This document shows, in pieces, positions 1-6,766 of a stretch of DNA of 34,037 bases. Every line of letters begins with the position of its first letter. Positions within the stretch are counted from its first letter, which is position 1. The stretch is from a virus, in the IMG/VR virus record IMGVR_UViG_3300020050_007616, positions 1 through 34,037 of that record; one strand, given 5' to 3'. The notes below the pieces were generated by a model. It was given only the letters and a program-made list of their open reading frames with translations, had not been told where the DNA came from and did no database searches. Made by a program: the position numbers and the translations under genes.

Positions 1-121
1 CACCGAGCGCGCTTGTTTCGTAATCCGCATAAAGCTCCCATGCGCCTACGCCGCAAACGACCATTTCTTGCATTGCGTTGTTATACGCTTCAACCGAAAA
101 GTTTTGTCGGTCTACACTGCG
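1..121. repeat. Terminal direct repeat, copy A (identical to 33917-34037). Most likely an assembly overlap of a circular or circularly permuted genome.
   Basis: Base-by-base comparison of 1-121 (caccgagcgcgcttgtttcg...tctacactgcg) with 33917-34037 shows identity to the last base of the window. Confidence 0.95.
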
Positions 122-406
122 ATAAATGCCATCAAGAATGTCGGCAGCTTCCAGCCTGTTGTTATCTTTCGGCTCAAAGTCAACTTGCACAGGGTTAGAG
201 CGAAGGCCGGACATAATGTCACGCCCTGCTTTGCGCAGCATGTTAAACTCGCCCTTAAACGCTAGTTGACTATCGTTTAGCATCGCGTCATCCCACTGAG
301 TTACCCAGTAGAACACAAGGTCATCGCTTGCTTTGTCTCGTGTGGATTGCCCAGATTGATAAGCCTTATCGTGCAGGCGCTTAATATCGTCTAGCTCAAG
401 TGCCAT
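1..406 (-). CDS. Portal protein, N-terminal segment. It continues across the window junction into 32205-34037.
   Basis: ATG at 406-404 shares one base with the terL stop (TAATG). The reading frame MALELDDIKRLHDKAYQSGQSTRDKASDDLVFYWVTQWDD... is open to position 1. It is in frame with the ORF starting at 33989 (position 73 in copy A, 333 nt downstream of 406). The motifs FYWVTQWDD and GVGAWELYADYE resemble the P22 portal N-terminus. Confidence 0.88.
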   Translation of the reverse strand, partial: MALELDDIKRLHDKAYQSGQSTRDKASDDLVFYWVTQWDDAMLNDSQLAFKGEFNMLRKAGRDIMSGLRSNPVQVDFEPKDNNRLEAADILDGIYRSVDRQNFSVEAYNNAMQEMVVCGVGAWELYADYETSALG

Positions 407-1953
407 TATCTACGCCCCATTGTGCGAATCGGTTTAGGTATGTATGCCGCAACGTGCTGAACTACCGGCTCGGAAAATGTTAATGCCGCAGCGTCCCCAA
501 GGTCTGGGCTGAATCCGTATTTTTCTTTAATTTTGTCTTTACTCCACAAAACGCGGCGGTCATTAGAGTCCCTATCATACGGCGAGGCGCACAAGTCGGC
601 CTGCACTTCGTCATCGTCTGGTATATCTACGGCCATTGTCTCGTCTGACAGCCACTCTGCCATTAAGCCCCATATTTCATTACGCTTGTTCTTGTATTTT
701 ACATTGTCAAGAGCAGAAGAGCCAAAGTTAACTGCTCTGACCCTATCATTGTACCCAAGCTCGTGCAATCTATCCACGATGTCCGCTCCGCCGCCGAAGT
801 CAATAAACATCATGTCTGGTTTTTTCCCAGCCACAAGACATACACTGTCTAGAATCGTCTTGCACCGTGAAACGTTCTTTCCTAGCGCGTCACACTCGCC
901 ACCCTTGTATGTTTGTGGGTTATATAACTTGCGCCCATGCCTGTGCATAATCGCAAACCTATCACCGCCGCGTGATGGGTCAACACCCACAATGTATGGG
1001 CCATTCCCATCAAAGCTGTTCAACCTTGCAGCCATACACTGTTGCGCTGTTATTAAGCCATCTCCACCAGTAACTTGGAACGCTTCTGCGGCATTGTTTG
1101 GGTATTCCTGCTTAAACGATTTGGCCCCATCTACGCCATCTGTTGACAGTTCTGCTATTTTTACACGCCGCCACTGAAGCTGGTCATTAGATAGATTGTA
1201 AAGCCCTTGCAGGTTTTGTTCTTCTAGTGTCGACTGGAAATTATCTGGCGCTTTTTTGCTGTATTCAGATTGCCAAAACCATGGAACAAAAATGGCTTGA
1301 AACTCAGAAACTCCCTTTTCCGCAAGTTTCCACTGCTCGTGAAAAAAATTGCCAACCCCGTTAGCGGTGGATTCAAAGATAACCTCAGTGCCATCGGCGT
1401 CGGGAATCGCCTGCATAATGCCTTTTGTGTGCTCGCTGGCATTAGCCCAAAAGGCCACTTCTGAACCATGGAAATACTGTATTGTCTGACCCCTGCCTAC
1501 CGCTTTGTTGCCTGCCGTTCCGACCTTATATCCTGAGTCAAGCTTGTCAAAATGCAGTTCTTTCGCGTTTGCAGCTCCAGCCGAAGGCTTAACAAACTCA
1601 GGCAGGTTTTCATAATAGCGTTCTGTCATCTCAAAAAGCGCGTTTGTAGACTCGCTCTCATGCGTAAGAATAAACGCCCTGACGCCCTTGTTGTGTGTGG
1701 TGCGCCACAGGAACCGCCCCTCAACATACGTAGAGACGCCTTGTTGCCTACCCTTTAAAATGATTGCACGAACTTTTCCTGTTTTTTCGATCTGCTCTTG
1801 TAGTTTGTCGTGAATGTACTGTTGCGCGCCATTTAACAAAAAAGGACAAAGCCCTTTGTCTTTTGTGCGAATCAAAAGGCAGTTCCGAGAGTAAAAAGGA
1901 AAGTCATCTTTTAGTTGTTGGCGCTTCTCGATCACTTTAGCGACTCTAGCCAT
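406..1953 (-). CDS. terL: Terminase large subunit
   Basis: 515 aa. Walker-A-like ILKGRQQGVSTY. Sits between the small terminase and the portal. ATG at 1953 overlaps the terS stop. Confidence 0.88.
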   Translation of the reverse strand: MARVAKVIEKRQQLKDDFPFYSRNCLLIRTKDKGLCPFLLNGAQQYIHDKLQEQIEKTGKVRAIILKGRQQGVSTYVEGRFLWRTTHNKGVRAFILTHESESTNALFEMTERYYENLPEFVKPSAGAANAKELHFDKLDSGYKVGTAGNKAVGRGQTIQYFHGSEVAFWANASEHTKGIMQAIPDADGTEVIFESTANGVGNFFHEQWKLAEKGVSEFQAIFVPWFWQSEYSKKAPDNFQSTLEEQNLQGLYNLSNDQLQWRRVKIAELSTDGVDGAKSFKQEYPNNAAEAFQVTGGDGLITAQQCMAARLNSFDGNGPYIVGVDPSRGGDRFAIMHRHGRKLYNPQTYKGGECDALGKNVSRCKTILDSVCLVAGKKPDMMFIDFGGGADIVDRLHELGYNDRVRAVNFGSSALDNVKYKNKRNEIWGLMAEWLSDETMAVDIPDDDEVQADLCASPYDRDSNDRRVLWSKDKIKEKYGFSPDLGDAAALTFSEPVVQHVAAYIPKPIRTMGRR

Positions 1954-2330
1954 TTTTCGTGTGGCGACATTGACCCATCGGACGACGTGTGGTCAATTTG
2001 TTGTTTTGTTCCGTGCGCCTTAGCCGCCATGCGCTCAGCAGCCCACTTCAGCCCGTCCATCATCGCCTTTCCAGTTTGCGGGTCGATGGTTCCATCGCGC
2101 AGAAGCTCTACCACCTCAATGACGCCATCGCCATGGGCATACCCTGCAGCCTCTCGCGCCTGTGTGTAACTGTTCCGAAAACCGCCCCTATCTTGCACTA
2201 CTGCTAACAGTACTGTGCTAATTGCTGGCATTGACTCGTCTTTACAAATTGAGCGCAGCGACTCACCGTTAGCCAGCCTTGTGCATATATCATTCGCTAC
2301 ATCGATAGTCATTACTGTTGGTCTAGCCAT
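1932..2330 (-). CDS. terS: Terminase small subunit (HTH type)
   Basis: 132 aa. The N-terminus ICTRLANGESLRSICKDESMPAISTV is the typical small-terminase HTH signature. Lies directly upstream of terL with overlap. Confidence 0.75.
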   Translation of the reverse strand: MARPTVMTIDVANDICTRLANGESLRSICKDESMPAISTVLLAVVQDRGGFRNSYTQAREAAGYAHGDGVIEVVELLRDGTIDPQTGKAMMDGLKWAAERMAAKAHGTKQQIDHTSSDGSMSPHEKWLESLK

Positions 2331-2826
2331 TAGTAGACACCTCTTGAACGCTTTTTGCGCCTCTATCTTTCCACGCGCGAATTAAATTTACGTTATCACT
2401 CATTTCATCTCTAAGAGAAATTGCAATTTCCTTCGAGCTACCGCTCAATGCGCTGATTTTTAAGTTCATTCTCTTTATAAACTCAACGCCCTTTGCAATT
2501 GCCCTGTCGGTATCACTCGTTCTTCCTGACGTGATGTTAGTCAGATTTTTTCGTCCAATTCTATCAATTTCTTGACGCTCATAATCATAAGATTCAGATT
2601 CAACCTCAAATCTTTTAACAATCTTCCGCTCAACGTCAAAACCATCCAACAATATATCAAGGATTCTTTGCTCCTTTTCTATATTGAAAAACCTTGCGTT
2701 CTTTGCGTCTCTTTCATGATGAAAGACCCTGTCGCCAGTTCCTTTCCCAACATAGAAAACAGAACCGTCACGCGGATCAATCAAATGGTAGACGTAATAC
2801 TTCTCTTGTTTTGGTGTCAAATTCAA
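2323..2826 (-). CDS. GIY-YIG family nuclease (free-standing homing-endonuclease-like)
   Basis: 167 aa. N-terminal YVYHLIDPRDGSVFYVGKGTGDRVFHH matches the GIY-(N10)-YIG plus Arg pattern. TTG start overlaps the stop of the preceding mini-ORF (TTGA). The stop overlaps the terS start. Confidence 0.7.
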   Translation of the reverse strand: MNLTPKQEKYYVYHLIDPRDGSVFYVGKGTGDRVFHHERDAKNARFFNIEKEQRILDILLDGFDVERKIVKRFEVESESYDYERQEIDRIGRKNLTNITSGRTSDTDRAIAKGVEFIKRMNLKISALSGSSKEIAISLRDEMSDNVNLIRAWKDRGAKSVQEVSTNG

Positions 2827-2984
2827 ACTGTGTAAACCTCTCTCCGCGCGCTTGCCGCTGTACCCGCTGGCGCTTTAAGTATCATGTCTTTAACTTCTTC
2901 GGCAGTCAGTACTATACGCCCTTTCTCGCCGTATGTCTTTGACCTCAGCACGGCCGTTATGCACTGGCGTGTGCGTCCCTGCAT
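2823..2984 (-). CDS. Hypothetical 53-aa protein (MQGRTRQCITAVLRSKTYGEKGRIVLTAEEVKDMILKAPAGTAASARREVYTV)
   Basis: Hand-translated ORF below the ORF-track length cutoff. Its stop is coupled to the GIY-YIG TTG start. No clear SD. Confidence 0.3.
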   Translation of the reverse strand: MQGRTRQCITAVLRSKTYGEKGRIVLTAEEVKDMILKAPAGTAASARREVYTV

Positions 2985-3022
2985 CGCTTATTATCTGCGC
3001 ACACTAGCACAAAAGTGTGAAT

Positions 3023-3047
3023 AAAAAAAAGCCCTGACTAGCAGGGC
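3023..3047 (-). terminator. Rho-independent terminator for leftward transcription
   Basis: On the minus strand: GCCCTG-CTAGT-CAGGGC followed by TTTTTTTT (A-run 3023-3030 on plus). Confidence 0.75.
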
Positions 3048-3276
3048 GAAGGCCTTTGCGCCACGGGCGCTATAGTTGCGCCCACTTGCTTTAAAGCAGG
3101 CCGTGTACTCACTATCAAAAGCCCGCTGGTCGAACTGCAACGGCTCAGAGCAGGCCGCGAGTAGTGCGGCCAGGGTTATCAAACTCCCGCGAAATACTCC
3201 TACCATAATGCCAAAGTGGCGCTTGCGCCCTCTCTAACATTTGGTGGGAGATGAATAGCGGGCGGTCGCTAGACCG

Positions 3277-3678
3277 CTAGTTCTCCGGCCTTTCCTGCTT
3301 CTCAATGTAGCACTGAAGCACTTCCAGTGGTGCCCCGCCTGCGGTGATCAGGCAATAAGCGCGAGTCCACAGCACTGGTTTTCGGTAAAGCCGATTCAGG
3401 TATTCAGCATATTCTTTGCGGAGCATCCGACTGGTGATAGTTTTCAGGCTGTTCACGAACTTGCTGGGCATAATGTTCGGGTGCATATCGAGCAACAAAT
3501 GGACGTGATCGGCCTCGCCACCAAACTCCACCAGTTCGATTTCCCAGTGCGCGCACTGCTCCCGGCAAATAACCTCAAGCCTGTCCAGCATCTCGCCAGT
3601 AAAACATTTTTGGCGATATTTTGTGACTAACACCAAATGGTATTTTAAGTTATAAACGCAATGATGGTGGGACTTCAT
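3277..3678 (-). CDS. tnpA: IS200/IS605 Y1 (HUH) transposase TnpA
   Basis: 133 aa from the ATG at 3678 (MKSHHHCVYNLKYHLVLVTKYRQKCF...). HUH motif HVHLLL. C-terminal LWTRAYCLITAGGAPLEVLQCYIEKQ carries the catalytic Tyr. The longer ORF-track start at 3789 adds non-family residues. Confidence 0.9.
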   Translation of the reverse strand: MKSHHHCVYNLKYHLVLVTKYRQKCFTGEMLDRLEVICREQCAHWEIELVEFGGEADHVHLLLDMHPNIMPSKFVNSLKTITSRMLRKEYAEYLNRLYRKPVLWTRAYCLITAGGAPLEVLQCYIEKQERPEN

Positions 3679-3717
3679 AGGTTGTACACTGTGTTGTTTT
3701 TGGCTATCATATGGCCC

Positions 3718-4827
3718 ATGAATATTGCCGTCAATATCGAAGTCAAAACCATCACCAAAACCTTGCGCGTCAGAGTAAAGGACAAACACTCTCTCGCCTT
3801 GGCAAAGCAGGCGGCGTCGGTCAATTTGGTGTGGAATTACCTCAACGAACTATCGCATCGCTCGATAAAGGAGCGGGGAAAATTCCTGTCGGCGTTCGAC
3901 CTTCACCCCTACACCAAAGGCGCTGGCAAGGAATTGGGGCTTCACAGCCAGACATTGCAATGCGTCGCGCAGGAATACGCCACTCGCCGCAAACAATTCA
4001 AGAAATCAAAACTGGCGTGGCGCAAGAGTCACGGCGTTCGCCGATCACTGGGCTGGATTCCGGTGAATACCGGTGCAGCGAAGTGGAAAAATGGTCAGCT
4101 ATATTTCAACGGCCAATACTACTGCGTGTGGGACTCCTACGGTCTCGCCGGTTACACCTTCCGCTCGGCCAACTTCAGCGAGGACTCGCGGGGTCGCTGG
4201 TATTTCAATGTGGTGATCGAAGCCCCGGCAGAGCAATCCCCAGGCACCGCCTCTGTCGGCATCGACCTTGGCTGCAAGGACGCAGCCACCACCTCGGACG
4301 GCGATAAAGTCAAGGGGCGTCGGTACCGCGAACTGGAGGCCAAGCTCGGCGTTGCTCAGCGAGCGGGAAACAAGAAGCGCGCAAAAGCAATTCACGCCAA
4401 GATTACCAATCGCAGAAAGGATGATCTGCATAAATTCAGCCGCAAGCTCGTAACTGAGAATGCGGCGATATTTGTAGGCAATGTCTCAAGCGCCAAGCTG
4501 GTTAAGACCAAGATGGCGAAGTCCGTCCTGGATGCTGGCTGGAGCATGTTCAAGACCATGTTGGAATACAAATGCGCTCACGCAGGCGTGGTCTTTGAAG
4601 AAATTAATGAAGCCTATACCACCCAGCGCTGTTCGTGCTGCGCGAGCATTCCCGACAGTAGTCCGAAAGGTAGAGCAGGGCTTGGAATAAGAGAATGGAC
4701 TTGCATGGTGTGCGGTACGCACCATGACCGCGATATTAACGCGGCCAAGAACATTCTTGCGCTCGGGCATGAGCGTCTCGCAGGAGGAATCACCCACCAG
4801 AATCACGCATGTGATTTGGTGGCGTGA
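3718..4827 (+). CDS. tnpB: TnpB (IS605 OrfB family RNA-guided RuvC nuclease), apparently intact
   Basis: About 369 aa from the ATG at 3718. RuvC-I is GIDLGCKD and RuvC-II is FEEINEAYTTQRC. Zinc finger is CSCC...CMVC. RuvC-III is HDRDINAAKNI. No frameshifts or stops. Confidence 0.9.
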   Translation: MNIAVNIEVKTITKTLRVRVKDKHSLALAKQAASVNLVWNYLNELSHRSIKERGKFLSAFDLHPYTKGAGKELGLHSQTLQCVAQEYATRRKQFKKSKLAWRKSHGVRRSLGWIPVNTGAAKWKNGQLYFNGQYYCVWDSYGLAGYTFRSANFSEDSRGRWYFNVVIEAPAEQSPGTASVGIDLGCKDAATTSDGDKVKGRRYRELEAKLGVAQRAGNKKRAKAIHAKITNRRKDDLHKFSRKLVTENAAIFVGNVSSAKLVKTKMAKSVLDAGWSMFKTMLEYKCAHAGVVFEEINEAYTTQRCSCCASIPDSSPKGRAGLGIREWTCMVCGTHHDRDINAAKNILALGHERLAGGITHQNHACDLVA

Positions 4828-4871
4828 GGATGTCAACAGTAACGTCCGTGTCATGGGTTGCTCTCGAAATA
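4690..4871 (+). ncRNA. Predicted omega-RNA (reRNA) region for TnpB. Boundaries are guessed.
   Basis: By analogy with characterised TnpB loci, the guide RNA scaffold overlaps the tnpB 3-prime end and the right end. An imperfect hairpin GGATGT-N8-ACGTCC lies at 4828-4847. No fold or covariance model could be run. Confidence 0.3.
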
Positions 4872-5057
4872 TTACGCCTCATTAAATGCCTTTTTGCTAA
4901 TGCGCTGGCAATTTCTAAGCCAGTAACGCATAGCTTCTTCATGCCCAACAAATCTCTTTAAGTATGAAATGTGCATTAGATGCTCTTTCCTGCTTCGATT
5001 CTCTGGCATTTTCACATCAATTCCAGCGGGGTTCAAAACCCCACCTCGTCGAGCCAT
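4872..5057 (-). CDS. Hypothetical protein (61 aa, or 45 aa if it starts at 5009). Last ORF of the early-left operon, abutting the IS right end.
   Basis: ORF track only. Weak SD at both candidate starts. Overlaps the upstream ORF by 25 nt if it starts at 5057. Confidence 0.4.
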   Translation of the reverse strand: MARRGGVLNPAGIDVKMPENRSRKEHLMHISYLKRFVGHEEAMRYWLRNCQRISKKAFNEA

Positions 5058-5191
5058 GCATCAAATTCATCACCCAGTCGGCGCTCCAGCTCGGCAAACG
5101 CCATGCGGTATGCTCGGTTAGCGTCGGCATCATTGCGTTTATACAATTGAACCAGAGCATCTTTAATCTGAGCTGTTGTGAATTTTTCCAT
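5033..5191 (-). CDS. Hypothetical 52-aa protein (MEKFTTAQIKDALVQLYKRNDADANRAYRMAFAELERRLGDEFDAWLDEVGF)
   Basis: ATG at 5191 is preceded by the SD AAGGGGAAGG. The ORF-track N-terminal extension has no SD and runs through promoter-like sequence. Confidence 0.6.
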   Translation of the reverse strand: MEKFTTAQIKDALVQLYKRNDADANRAYRMAFAELERRLGDEFDAWLDEVGF

Positions 5192-5226
5192 TTTCCTTCC
5201 CCTTGCTTCGTTGTTTGTATGTAGCC

Positions 5227-5267
5227 ATAATAGCCAGCAAAACCCCGCTAGCAATTGGCAAAACCGC
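5227..5267 (-). promoter_or_regulatory. Half-site GCGGTTTTGCCAAT plus a -10-like TATTAT, 23 nt downstream of TTGCCA
   Basis: Minus strand: TTGCCA (5261-5256), a 23-nt spacer, then TATTAT (5232-5227). The ATG at 5191 with its SD follows. Confidence 0.5.
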
Positions 5268-5284
5268 TCAATTTTCGCTAAATG

Positions 5285-5302
5285 ATTGGCTAAAACTACC
5301 AA
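5285..5302 (-). promoter_or_regulatory. Copy of the 17-18 bp inverted-repeat motif TTGGTAGTTTTAGCCAAT
   Basis: Minus-strand reading TTGGTAGTTTTAGCCAAT. It lies about 31 nt upstream of the half-site at 5254-5267. Confidence 0.55.
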
Positions 5303-5595
5303 CGTGATGCCAGAACCCACTCTTTCTGATCGCTGCGATTAATAAACCGCCCAACTTCTGCCGCAATCGCCTTCCTGTCGCCGTAAATCTGCCGCTCTCC
5401 CCACATGATTTTGACTCCCTCTACGCAAAATCCCTCATCGTCGTCGCTCATTGTTACATAAACAACGGGCACGGGCGGTTCCGGTAGATCACCAGGGGCA
5501 GCGCCAGCGACTATGCGCCACGACTCCCAGCACGCGGGCAGATCGTTTTCATCGGCGTCTTCGTACAGTGTTATAGCCATCGTCCACATAATCAT
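5296..5595 (-). CDS. Hypothetical acidic 99-aa protein
   Basis: ORF track. The ATG at 5595 overlaps the stop of the upstream mini-ORF (ATGA). Confidence 0.6.
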   Translation of the reverse strand: MIMWTMAITLYEDADENDLPACWESWRIVAGAAPGDLPEPPVPVVYVTMSDDDEGFCVEGVKIMWGERQIYGDRKAIAAEVGRFINRSDQKEWVLASRW

Positions 5596-5705
5596 AAAAA
5601 CATAGCCCCGATTGTCATAACCGCAACGCCCACCACAACCCCGGTAGCGAACGCGTTAAAAATGCGGTCTTCGGTTTTCAGCTGTTCGAGTTCTTGTTTA
5701 GTCAT
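5592..5705 (-). CDS. Hypothetical 37-aa tail-anchored membrane peptide (MTKQELEQLKTEDRIFNAFATGVVVGVAVMTIGAMFL)
   Basis: Hand-translated. The start overlaps the upstream stop (ATGACTAA) and the stop overlaps the downstream ATG (ATGA). C-terminal hydrophobic stretch. Confidence 0.5.
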   Translation of the reverse strand: MTKQELEQLKTEDRIFNAFATGVVVGVAVMTIGAMFL

Positions 5706-5844
5706 TGCTGGCCCTTATTATATATTTGTTGCACTCATCGCATTTATCATGCCCATCAGCTTTAAATGAGCAGCGTGAAAATCCTGTTTCTTTCAGTGCT
5801 TGCTCAATATCCATATCAGTATCCTTTGCGGCAAGTGTTGCCAT
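5698..5844 (-). CDS. Hypothetical 48-aa Cys-containing protein (MATLAAKDTDMDIEQALKETGFSRCSFKADGHDKCDECNKYIIRASND)
   Basis: ATG at 5844 is preceded by a consensus SD (GGAGG) 6 nt upstream. The longer ORF-track start lacks an SD. Confidence 0.6.
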   Translation of the reverse strand: MATLAAKDTDMDIEQALKETGFSRCSFKADGHDKCDECNKYIIRASND

Positions 5845-5932
5845 TACCGGCCTCCTGTGCGCGTTGGCGCAACGCCCGCGCCGCCAGTTCGTCACGTTCT
5901 TGTTCTAATTGCTCGTATGTTGGTTTAGTCAC
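5816..5932 (-). CDS. Possible 38-aa coiled ORF with GTG start (VTKPTYEQLEQERDELAARALRQRAQEAGNGNTCRKGY)
   Basis: The GTG overlaps the stop of the upstream gene (GTGACTAA). Overlaps the 5844 ORF in another frame. Weak support. Confidence 0.25.
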   Translation of the reverse strand: MTKPTYEQLEQERDELAARALRQRAQEAGNGNTCRKGY

Positions 5933-6344
5933 TGCCAGCCTCCTGTGCGTATTTTTCTTTTATAACAGAATCGTCAACAAGCACTTGATAGACTTTTAAA
6001 ATCGCCGCGTCGGAAACATGCTTAATGTGGAAGCTACCAAGCACTTCACACACTTTTTTTCGCTTTCGATCTACCGCACGGTAGTGTTCAATTTCTTCTA
6101 AAGAGTTATAAAATTTATACCCTGAATTTCTATAACCAGCCCTAATCAATTCTTCTGTTGCTCCGGTTGTTACACACAGTTTCTGTGTGAGTCCGCCTGC
6201 CTGCGCAAAATCGGCATATTTTCTGTAAACTTTTTTGACAAGGAAAATAACTACTCTGCTCCCATCACCTTTCGCGTAGTTATTTCCTGTCTGTACTGCA
6301 TACACTGTTTTGCCTTCATGCTCTTTTGTAATCTTAGGAATCAT
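5925..6344 (-). CDS. Hypothetical 139-aa protein
   Basis: ORF track. The ATG at 6344 overlaps the stop of the upstream mini-ORF (ATGA). Confidence 0.65.
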   Translation of the reverse strand: MIPKITKEHEGKTVYAVQTGNNYAKGDGSRVVIFLVKKVYRKYADFAQAGGLTQKLCVTTGATEELIRAGYRNSGYKFYNSLEEIEHYRAVDRKRKKVCEVLGSFHIKHVSDAAILKVYQVLVDDSVIKEKYAQEAGSD

Positions 6345-6478
6345 AACTCCCCCTTAGCTTCTGCGATTGCTTCGCCTGCTTGCACCATCTCCGCATTTGA
6401 TTTTGGACAGCCACTTGCATCAACTGTCGAATAATGCCCAACAAAAAGACCAGCGGAGAAAGCGACAATCACCATCAT
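6341..6478 (-). CDS. Hypothetical 45-aa membrane peptide (MMVIVAFSAGLFVGHYSTVDASGCPKSNAEMVQAGEAIAEAKGEL)
   Basis: Hand-translated. It starts 1 nt after the upstream stop and its stop overlaps the next ATG. N-terminal hydrophobic segment. Confidence 0.5.
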   Translation of the reverse strand: MMVIVAFSAGLFVGHYSTVDASGCPKSNAEMVQAGEAIAEAKGEL

Positions 6479-6479
6479 A

Positions 6480-6686
6480 TTAACGACTGCTTCTCGTAGT
6501 GTCATACAAACCAGCGCCCATCACTAAAGAAAAGAATCCGTCCCTGCCTACCAAGTAAAAACTGTCTTCATCCATCTGCCATACAACAAGCGCTAGTGCT
6601 TCATGCCCATCTCCGTTAATGCTTACGTAACCCGCGGGTGCGTTCATCTCACTAATGGCCCACGGCCCTTTTGTGTGCTTTGTCAT
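6480..6686 (-). CDS. Hypothetical 68-aa protein
   Basis: ORF track. SD GAGGA lies 7 nt upstream of the ATG at 6686. A motif-type promoter lies upstream. Confidence 0.6.
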   Translation of the reverse strand: MTKHTKGPWAISEMNAPAGYVSINGDGHEALALVVWQMDEDSFYLVGRDGFFSLVMGAGLYDTTRSSR

Positions 6687-6714
6687 TTTCTAGTCCTCGT
6701 TGTTTATGATTCCC

Positions 6715-6759
6715 ATCATATCCGCACCACCTACCTTATGCATTGGCGAAAACTACCAA
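6715..6759 (-). promoter_or_regulatory. Inverted-repeat motif TTGGTAGTTTTCGCCAAT plus a -10-like TATGAT at 23-nt spacing
   Basis: Minus strand: motif at 6759-6742, TCGCCA at 6749-6744, a 23-nt spacer, then TATGAT at 6720-6715. SD and the ATG at 6686 follow. Confidence 0.55.
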
Positions 6760-6766
6760 AATACGG

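Larger units (their letters stand above)
3048..4871 (+). mobile_element. IS200/IS605-family insertion sequence (divergent tnpA/tnpB). Ends not mapped; this is the maximal interval between a phage terminator and the next phage ORF.
   Basis: Contains a Y1 (HUH) transposase and a TnpB. GC-richer by eye than both flanks. The 9-mer ATTTGGTGG occurs in the same orientation at 3239-3247 and 4814-4822. Hairpins at 3153-3171, 3262-3277 and 4828-4847. Confidence 0.85.

Noticed and set aside
1-121. Interpreting the 121-nt repeat as a biological direct terminal repeat (T7-like DTR)
   Set aside because: The repeat lies inside the portal ORF, and the terminase and virion type suggest headful packaging. 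An assembly overlap is the simpler explanation.
533-1177. Long antisense shadow ORFs (e.g. 533-1177, 13285-13746, 13779-14204, 15261-15767, 22142-22561, 31656-32063, 4099-4431, 4486-4854)
   Set aside because: All lie opposite well-supported genes, lack SDs and have low-complexity Ser/Ala/Pro/Arg-rich translations typical of shadow frames.
2991-3206. 71-aa minus-strand ORF with a plausible lipoprotein signal (LITLAALLAAC)
   Set aside because: It has no SD. Its 3-prime third runs straight through the intrinsic terminator hairpin at 3023-3047. It also spans the presumed junction between the GC-rich, hairpin-dense IS left-end DNA (hairpins at 3058-3070 and 3153-3171, palindrome 3087-3098) and phage DNA. 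It is most likely a chance ORF in structured DNA. A real moron lipoprotein cannot be fully excluded.
3661-3789. Extended N-termini of tnpB (start 3661) and tnpA (start 3789) from the ORF track
   Set aside because: The extensions overlap each other in the divergent promoter region and add residues not seen in these families. The internal ATGs at 3718 and 3678 give canonical N-termini.
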